Under the pieces are notes generated by a model, which saw only the letters and a program-made list of their open reading frames with translations, searched no databases and was not told where the DNA came from. DNA of 60,049 nucleotides, filler included. It is 10 parts of 10 records of this genome, joined end to end, with 100 filler letters (N's around TTAATTAATTAA, not from the genome) between each part and the next. Parts side by side here need not be neighbours in the genome. Positions count along the whole stretch, not along the records: positions 49,290 to 54,473 come from SRR31147125_287945; positions 54,574 to 60,049 come from SRR31147125_288019; 8 more parts are not named here. The stretch is one strand, 5' to 3'. Within the stretch, counting starts at the first letter, position 1; each line of letters begins with the position of its first letter. Below, in pieces: positions 52,697-60,049 of the stretch. Made by a program: the position numbers and the translations under genes.

Positions 52697-54425
52697 TCAA
52701 CAGATTTGAACGTCAAAGAAGTACCGCCCACCCTCATCTGAGGGATAGAGATGTAAGAGACAACGCGGAACAGTGTGGGGTGAACAACGCACCAAACTTT
52801 CCATGATGTACAGAATAGCCGGTTAGCTCTGCCACAACCATTAATCGAATCGGCTCAAACGAAGGCGTGCGCTCCCTGCGAACGGCCACATGAGACACAT
52901 GAGACACATGCGACAAAACGTATTTGTCTCCATATTACCGTTTTCGAGTAAGAACAACACTAATATCCACAATCCCACCCTGTGGCCAGTGTGAAACAAG
53001 AGACAAAAGGCGTGCGACATACCTTCCCGATCGCTCCTCGTTCGGGAAGAAATTGCACCGAGTATCTGATACACAGAGGCATGAGAGAAGCCCAGCAATA
53101 CATGCACTCCATGTACGCACTCGAACGATGTCATGCTCGAGAACTTGTACTCCACACGAACATCTCCCACGTTTTGCACGGTGAATCGGATTGTTTCCAT
53201 AACAGCGGATCGAGGAAGATAGAGTGTGTTTGTGGAAACCTACTCAGGCCAATGGTCAATATCAGTAGACATCACTGCACGAGTACCTTTGTGAGGGGAA
53301 ACGTTCGTCGTTTTGTGAGAATTCGTCGTCGTAGCGCCGATTCTAATGGGAGCGATCAGAGCGGATCCTCTCCATTCATGACACAGAAACCTACGTTCGT
53401 ATAGAATCCGATGTGCCTTGGCTTGAAGCTGTCGGAGTTGTGTAGTATCCAGAGACCCAATACCGGTTTTGAGCTCCTGTGGGTTGTATCTGGCGAGAAC
53501 GGGTCACAGAGAAGGGATGTAACGGTACACGTACGGGGTTTTATCAGTACATGCACTGACGATACGTGTCAAGGACGGTACAAAGGACTTCAGCCCCCGG
53601 TACCTCAGAAACATGTCCAGTGCGCCACTCAACCTCTGATCATCGAGAGCCACCATATGCGTGTGTCCCAATGCGACACGTTGAACAAAGTGCTTCCCCA
53701 GACCCCTACCCAACCAACCATCACGTCTCCTGCCATTCCACCCCCAGAGAAACACACCTCGCTAGTACAGGTGTAGATTTCAGGTCAAAGCCCCAATAGT
53801 ACAGATCACCCATATCTGTTTTGCCAGAGTAAACGCACGAAATCCCAGGAATCCCAGGAAACACAGAAATGGGCATACCTGTGGTGACTGCTGTCGCATA
53901 CGCACCACAAGCTACGCTCGTGATACCTTTTCCACTCATTGAGGCAAGCTTGTATCAAAAACAAAGAAAAACTCCCGAGGTTAGAGATGGCATCACGGAT
54001 GTCGTGTACACCTACCCAAGTTGGGGTGGCTACGGAGGACAAGGGACGCCCCAAACCCAATTGTCCCTGTTCACCGTTTCCCCATACATAGAGTGCTCCA
54101 CGATCTACACGATATCATCACACAGAGACATAGCGCCACGACGTTGCAAACCTCCAATCGCGGCTGTGTGAAAATCACCAGCAGCTACTTGAACCACCTT
54201 CCTAATGGAACTGAGCTGATACGAAGAAAGGGCGCAGTCAGATCCACCTTCCCGGATCCATCCCTTCCATCCCATCCGTACCATTGTAGGGAATCTGCTG
54301 TAATCACTAAAGGGAAGAGTAAATCTACAACACCGCCTATAGATCAGAGACCGATGCAGTTTCTCCGCCTCCTTACCCTAGCTGTCCGAAGTTGTTGTAT
54401 CCCCATGCAATTACGCTTCCCTCAT
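52697..54425 (-). CDS. RCC1-repeat protein with C-terminal ASH/MSP-like Ig domain, 5' partial, 14 introns
   Basis: VIAWGYNNFGQLG, VQVAAGDFHTAA, LYVWGNGEQGQLG, SVACGAYAT; C-terminal FTVQNVG...LPERGAIGKGGIVDISV. Confidence 0.8.
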
Positions 54426-54449
54426 CTGAACAAACTCAAGCGAGTTAGG

Positions 54450-54473
54450 CACACACACACACACACACACACA
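54450..54473. repeat. (CA)12 microsatellite, intronic, at contig end
   Basis: Read directly. Confidence 0.9.
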
Positions 54474-54779
54474 NNNNNNNNNNNNNNNNNNNNNNNNNNN
54501 NNNNNNNNNNNNNNNNNTTAATTAATTAANNNNNNNNNNNNNNNNNNNNNNNNNNNNNNNNNNNNNNNNNNNNCACACCTCTGTGGGTTCTGGACCACGA
54601 TAGGGAGGGATAGGCTGTCGGGAACGGTGTTCCTGAACCCCCATGAACGAACAAACGGGACCCGTCGCCCCCGCCCCCGTACCCGTCGTGCGACATGCAA
54701 CATGGCACGTCTATGGCCTCGAATTTGGGCTGCGGACCATCCCTGCATCGGAGGGCCCGGACTCAGGGGAAGACCAAAC

Positions 54780-57700
54780 ATGACAGAGGAGGAATGGAGG
54801 GTTTCATTCCTTTCCCATGGCCCTACAGGCACAAGGGGGAGGCGCGAAAGCCCTCGGCCTCTGTTCACAGAGGAAGGTTTGTAGGGAAGGCGGAGGGGTT
54901 GGGCGCGCCAACACACCCATCGACAGATTTCCGTTGTGTAGGGGGCCTATTGAACGAGGCAGAGGAGATCGCACGTGTAGAAGGGTGGGATTCCTGCGGC
55001 GGTCGCGTTGGTTCGTCTTCTCTCTGACAAACCAACCATCTCAGACGACGTTGTGTCGAACTTTCGGATGTACTTCAAACAGCTGGGAGAGTGTGTCATC
55101 TGTCAAGGTTCGTTTCTAAAATTGCACGGGAGTTGCGTCTTATCGATCGCCAAGGGCTTCGCGTCGACTGCTGATGAGGCTGGTTGCGGACGCCGAATCA
55201 TCCAACTGGCGTACCAAATTTGCAGTGATTCGTCAAGTGAGTTGTAGGAATACGTGTACGCGTTGACAGGCTCATCGCATGATGAAGAACGAGGAAAGGA
55301 AACATATTGCTGAGGCCTTTAAGAGACGTCGAATTCTGCAATATGCCTTCAAGAACTGGAGGAGGGTTCAGAAGGGGACATCTGTACGATGCTGCACTTG
55401 TTGGGTGAAGGGCCGAGAGGATCTCACGGAATGATCTCTTGGGTAGCTGCGTGAGGGTCCCATTCTTCGTATTGCACGCCCACAACCACGTGCGTTGGAG
55501 AATCTACAGGTCATCGATCTTCCCAGAACAGCGAAACGAGTATCACCACGTCGTGGGGGTGATCTCAGTGATCTAACCTTGGATGATCCACACGAAATGC
55601 ACGTTTTGCAGAATCAGGTCATACAGGTGTGTGTGTGTGTGTATGTGTACGTGTTGGGTGCGTGCCTGATCACGCAGTGCACAAATCCCGTCCAGGCGGT
55701 TTTTCAATGGGAACGCACTGTATTATCACGTATGCTGCATCGCTGGAAGCGCAAGACGGAGGCGAGTAGACAACTCTTCCAAGAACGAGAGGTTCGCACG
55801 TTGGAAGTCTTGCCTCGATTCCTTTAACAGATCCTTGTCAAGACGATCGTCCTAGCCATTAGGAAACAGAATCTTTATGGACGTGTGTGGAACACAATGG
55901 TTCTCACGTTCAATAAGAAACAAACCTCGAGGCGCAAGTTGTTGACGGCACTCGACCACTGGTGGGTTGGGTAGACGTGTCGTCGTTCTGATGCACCAAG
56001 GGTTGCACGCACACACGTCCAGGTACATGTCCAATCTTCAGATCTGTATGGAAAAGTGGCGATGCTTTACCGAACATCGTCGCCTCGCCAACCCTCCACT
56101 GCGAAGCCCTGTCCAAGTTCGTTTTCTTTTCTCGTTGATGGGAAGAGATGCTGAGCCAATTCTCGAACGTCGTTCGCGGACGAATAACGCTGAGCGGCAA
56201 CGCTTTCTTCGCACGGTACGGTCGTCGTCCGACATTGTTTCGATCTTCCTAATCCGTTGACATACAAGGTGATGATGATGAAACGATGGACCCTTCAACG
56301 CTCGTTCACTGCATGGGTTGACCACACTCAACGTCTACGCACCCTTGCACGAAAGAACATTGCGGATCGATTACGACTTTGTCACACCTTTTGGTGTATG
56401 CAGGTGGGAGGAGGAGGACTCCTGTCCTGTTACTGAATCACCTAACACTCTTGGGTAGCAATTCACAAGGGAGAAGCAACGCAAGCACACCCAAGCACAC
56501 ACGGCCGATGTTGTGTACATTCAATCCTGTCTGCGGAGAACTCTGAGATCCTGGCGTGCAGCGTATCGAAACCAAATCCTTGTAACCGCGGAACATCGAG
56601 CAAAGAATCTCAAGACGCTGCACAGTAAGAAGAGGATCCTTGAAGGTGAAGACGATGACGCGTCACGATTTGGATCTTATACAAACACTAAGGCTGGAGA
56701 CGGGAATTCCATCTGCGGAGGATAGTGGAAACCTGCATCACAGACATCAAAAAAAGACGTCTTGCAAAGGCCTTTGGGATATGGCAGTGTCGGACCAAGG
56801 AAAAGGCAATGGCCAGGAGGTGTGTTGTGGTGATTCTCTCCTTTCCTCCCCGTTGACATCCAGCCATAGGAATGCCCATAATGAGGTACAGTCACGCGTA
56901 GAAACAGCGGCACTGCGACGTGGGATGGCAAAGTGGCGGCGTGCCTATCGTTTTGTTACCCTGGAGCGCGATATGGTTTGTACGATCGAGACAAGAAGAA
57001 TACGGAAGATACTCTTTGCATGGCGACATCGTATCCTCGTACCTTGTGGGAGTGGTGTGTTGATTCCTTCACATGGCATGGCATCTAGTCGTGGAGAACC
57101 GGAGGCGCCTCAACACACTCGCAGACTCTGTGTGTCAAAAACGCCAACGCCGCCATCTTGGTGCTCTGTTCGTTTTCTGGCGTTGCACTCTTCATATCCA
57201 AGAGCTTGTGCGCGGACGGGAGCTTCGTTCTCTGTCTCTCGTATTCCACGAGTGGAGGAACCTTACAAGGGAGAAGAAGTTATGGAATTCTCGCTGCGCA
57301 AAGGTTGGGCGAGTTCCTGTCTTACTGCTCGCTGATTCCTTGAGGATAATAGCTCGCGAACTTGATGGAAAGGGATGGACGCGTGCGTGGAACGGTTCAT
57401 CGGAGTGTGATGTGTCTGCACTCGTACGCACAGATCATAGAGCGGCCTCCGGACATTCTCTAACTACTTAATACACCAGAAATCAAGTGGCACGTGCGTT
57501 TCGGACATGGCGGACCAATGCAGTGGAGCGAGGACAATTGCGCTCCCTGCATCACATCGTGCAGAACAGGTACGATGTTTCCCAGGAAGAGTACCAGATC
57601 AATCCTTCCTGTCTGTCCTACAGACACAATCTGAAGATTCTTTGGGAATGCTTTCAGACCTGGGAGAAGATAACGGCCCAAGCAGTAGCAGAACGCCATG

Positions 57701-59439
57701 GCATTGCATTTCATACCCGACGAATGCAAGGTTCTTCTTTGGAGGAGGGGGTCGGGTGGGAATTAACCGTGTTCCAGCCGTCTGCCTTCAAAGATGGCGC
57801 GCGTATGTTCTTGTGCGCCGCGAGAAGTGCCTGGTAGCAAGGTCCGGATGTATGATGAACAGAGGCCGCGGGCCACTGACGTTTTCCTTGTTCATCACAG
57901 AGATGTGGACCAACAATTTCTCTCACATATGCTCCAAATTGTCTTTCAAAGGTGGCGTCTGGAGACTAGGTGCGCCATTGCACCCTGATGACTGACTGCG
58001 TTTGATAATGATCCCCAATCGTCAGACAAAGACGCCAGGGTCGCTTCTTTGCTAGCCAAAAGCAACAAGCATTGTTGCGTTCTCTCTTTTCTGAATGGGT
58101 GACACGTACTTGCGAGAAGAAGGTCAAGGAAACAGGTTGTGACGTTGTGTGGGTGGGGAATCTCGAATCCGACCAGCAACGTCCACATGAGATGCACTTT
58201 CTTGAATGGCGAAAGAAGATGTCGCTTCACACGATGTTTCGTCACTGGGTATGCTGTGTGCCACATTCCTTTTCTCTTTCTTGCTTACATCACGATACAA
58301 GCTTCACTGCACTCGACAGCGGATACATGCAAACGCCTTACGTCTGAAGATACTGCATCGTCTAGCATCGCGTGCCTTGATAGAGTGGGCGATCACGGCA
58401 AAGCATCACGAGTACGTTTCGTCTTGAACGCTGATCAATGCCTCAAGAATGTATGTATAGATTGCAGAGGAGGCAAATGGTTGTATTCCAACGAGAGAAT
58501 GCCGTCCACGTTCTCAGACGATGCTACCATGCGTGGAAAGATCAATATCAACTTCTAGTAACCAGGGAACATGAGAATCAACTGCGGCTTAGTGTCCACC
58601 TGCACGATCGAAAGTGCGAGCACCTCCTTGTGATTCTCATCCTCGTCCAATCATTGCTGCTCCCTCTCTAGTCTTCAGTGGAAAGCTGCCGTCTTCTCCC
58701 AATGGAGAAACTGGATGGCACGACGGGTACGTGCCGCATACCCGATCTCGTATGAGTAACTCGTACTCAGATTCTCAAGACGAAGCGCTATCATGCCTAT
58801 GCGCGGGAGCATTTGTTCCGCCGTGTTCTTGCAAGGTGGCGAAATTATGTGTACGTCGTGGGATGTGTATGTCGACCCCCGTAGCTGACGGTGGTGGGGG
58901 ATGAGAAGATTTGCGAGACAGCTTCGCTCCAACGCGCAAAAGCTCGCAGCTATTCACTGGCGCCGTTCAGCCATCCGGAAGGTAACAGTGTGCAGGTGAT
59001 GAGTTCTTCGAGACCCAACAACTGTATCTGTAGGCATTTAGTGGCTGGCAACTCTATGCCCACAGGGAGACTGTGCATACGGCCATTGTCGGCGCATTTT
59101 TGTACGTGTTCGGCACGATGAACGTGAAGTCCACCAACATCTGCTTGTCAGGAACCGTTGTGAGCAGTCTCTCCAAAAGGTGGGCTTGTGTGCCTTCAAG
59201 CTAAACCTGTTTTTGTGCAAGAAGGGGGAACGTTCTCTGAGGAGATATTGGGATATGTGGCGATCCTTCTTGCGGCAACGGGTGGGGCAGTATGCAACAG
59301 CGTGTCATGAGAGAGTTGGATTGCCTCACCTTCCCATCAGAAAGTGCAACACGTCCACATGATGGCTGCTGATCGACTTCTTCACCATAAAACGATGGCC
59401 CATGTATTCTGGGCGTGGAGGCAAGTGTTGCATACGTAA
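54780..59439 (+). CDS. Sfi1-like centrin-binding repeat protein, many introns
   Basis: Recurring F/L-x-x-W-R/K helical repeats (MLHRWK, TLRSWR, ILFAWR, VFHEWR, AFRTWR, CFQTWE, VFQRWR, CYHAWK, VFWAWR); TAA at 59437-59439. Start uncertain. Confidence 0.75.
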
Positions 59440-59451
59440 AGGGCCCATCGT

Positions 59452-60049
59452 TCATGTGGCCAAAGCCCTTTCGTCCTTCTTGCGAGGAAGGGGGTGGGCT
59501 TCTGGGACATCGACTGGTACAGAGGGAAACTTCAGCTCCAGTGTGTCCGTCTCCACTGTTTCTTCCTCCTTCTTCTCCACCACAGCGGTCTCTGCGTCGT
59601 CATCTTCCTTCTGCAAAAGTGTAAGGTAAGCCTGGCTGGAGCCATCTCATGCGCCGCAACCTACCTGTGGAGTTGCTACTTCCTGCTCAGCACCTTCGAC
59701 CTCAATAACTCGTGCAATCGAAGACTCCTCACGCTGGAGAACAGGCACGGAAGAAGGGGGAACAGGTGGTGCGACGAAGTGGTAGCTCGGTGGCCGATCT
59801 TCTTCTGCCTTAGTTGCTTCATATGGTGGTGGTGGTGCAAGATCATCCTCTTCTGTCTCATTTTGGGGAGGAGGAGATGTCACGGCCGGTGTGATCTCCT
59901 CGGGTGGAGAGGATGCTATAGCCGGTGTGATCTCCTCAGGCGGGGGCAGTTCCACCACTGCCGGGGTGATCTCCTCGGGCGGGGATCGTGTCACGGCAGG
60001 CGGAAGTACTTTCACGGCTGAAACAGATGGAGGCGTAACCATGGCCGGT
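59452..60049 (-). CDS. C-terminal part of an acidic Pro-rich eukaryotic protein
   Basis: PPEEITPA repeats, one GT-AG intron, last exon KEDDDAE...LELKFPSVPVDVP...ERALAT*. Confidence 0.65.
59880..60003 (-). repeat. 36-39 bp coding tandem repeat (PPEEITPA units)
   Basis: CCGGKGTGATCTCCTC at 59886, 59922 and 59961. Confidence 0.85.

Noticed and set aside
43572..60003. Short tandem repeats as a CRISPR array or telomere
   Set aside because: No repeat-spacer structure and no cas genes; these are intronic or coding microsatellites and minisatellites.
10979..60049. Alternative genetic code or non-canonical introns in the eukaryotic contigs
   Set aside because: PDI, OSCA, the RCC1 gene and the MCM9 regions I traced splice with GT-AG introns and have no in-frame stops; TAA and TGA end predicted genes. 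The Sfi1 and ELYS genes were not traced exon by exon.

Overview
This window is not one locus. It joins 10 unrelated contigs with an artificial 100-nt spacer (N44-TTAATTAATTAA-N44). Contig bounds: 1-5770, 5871-10878, 10979-16184, 16285-21925, 22026-31075, 31176-37517, 37618-43615, 43716-49189, 49290-54473 and 54574-60049. Six contigs are bacterial. Two look spirochaete-like (tRNA-Arg plus nfeD-nfeD-floA; rlpA, avtA, SSS symporter, GH36, GGDEF-EAL). Three look like Desulfobacterota (hybrid kinase, rlmI; gcvP, a lipB-lipA fusion, cluster-less mutY; pfk, glycerate kinase, guaB). One is a polar-flagellated gammaproteobacterium (fliS, flrABC). Four contigs are eukaryotic, probably one microbial eukaryote. 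It uses the standard code, has many short GT-AG introns and very short intergenic gaps. Manual splicing recovers MCM9, PDI, an ELYS-like nucleoporin, an organellar-type IleRS, an OSCA/TMEM63 channel, an RCC1+ASH/MSP protein and an Sfi1-like protein. Repeated indels in homopolymer runs point to long-read consensus errors. I found no CRISPR array, prophage, IS element or clear new multi-gene system. The best leads are the unidentified compact, intron-dense eukaryote with an organellar-type IleRS found among anaerobes, the LipB-LipA fusion in the glycine-cleavage operon, and tRNA-antisense repeats after tRNA-Arg. All taxonomic calls are impressions from protein style, not database results.
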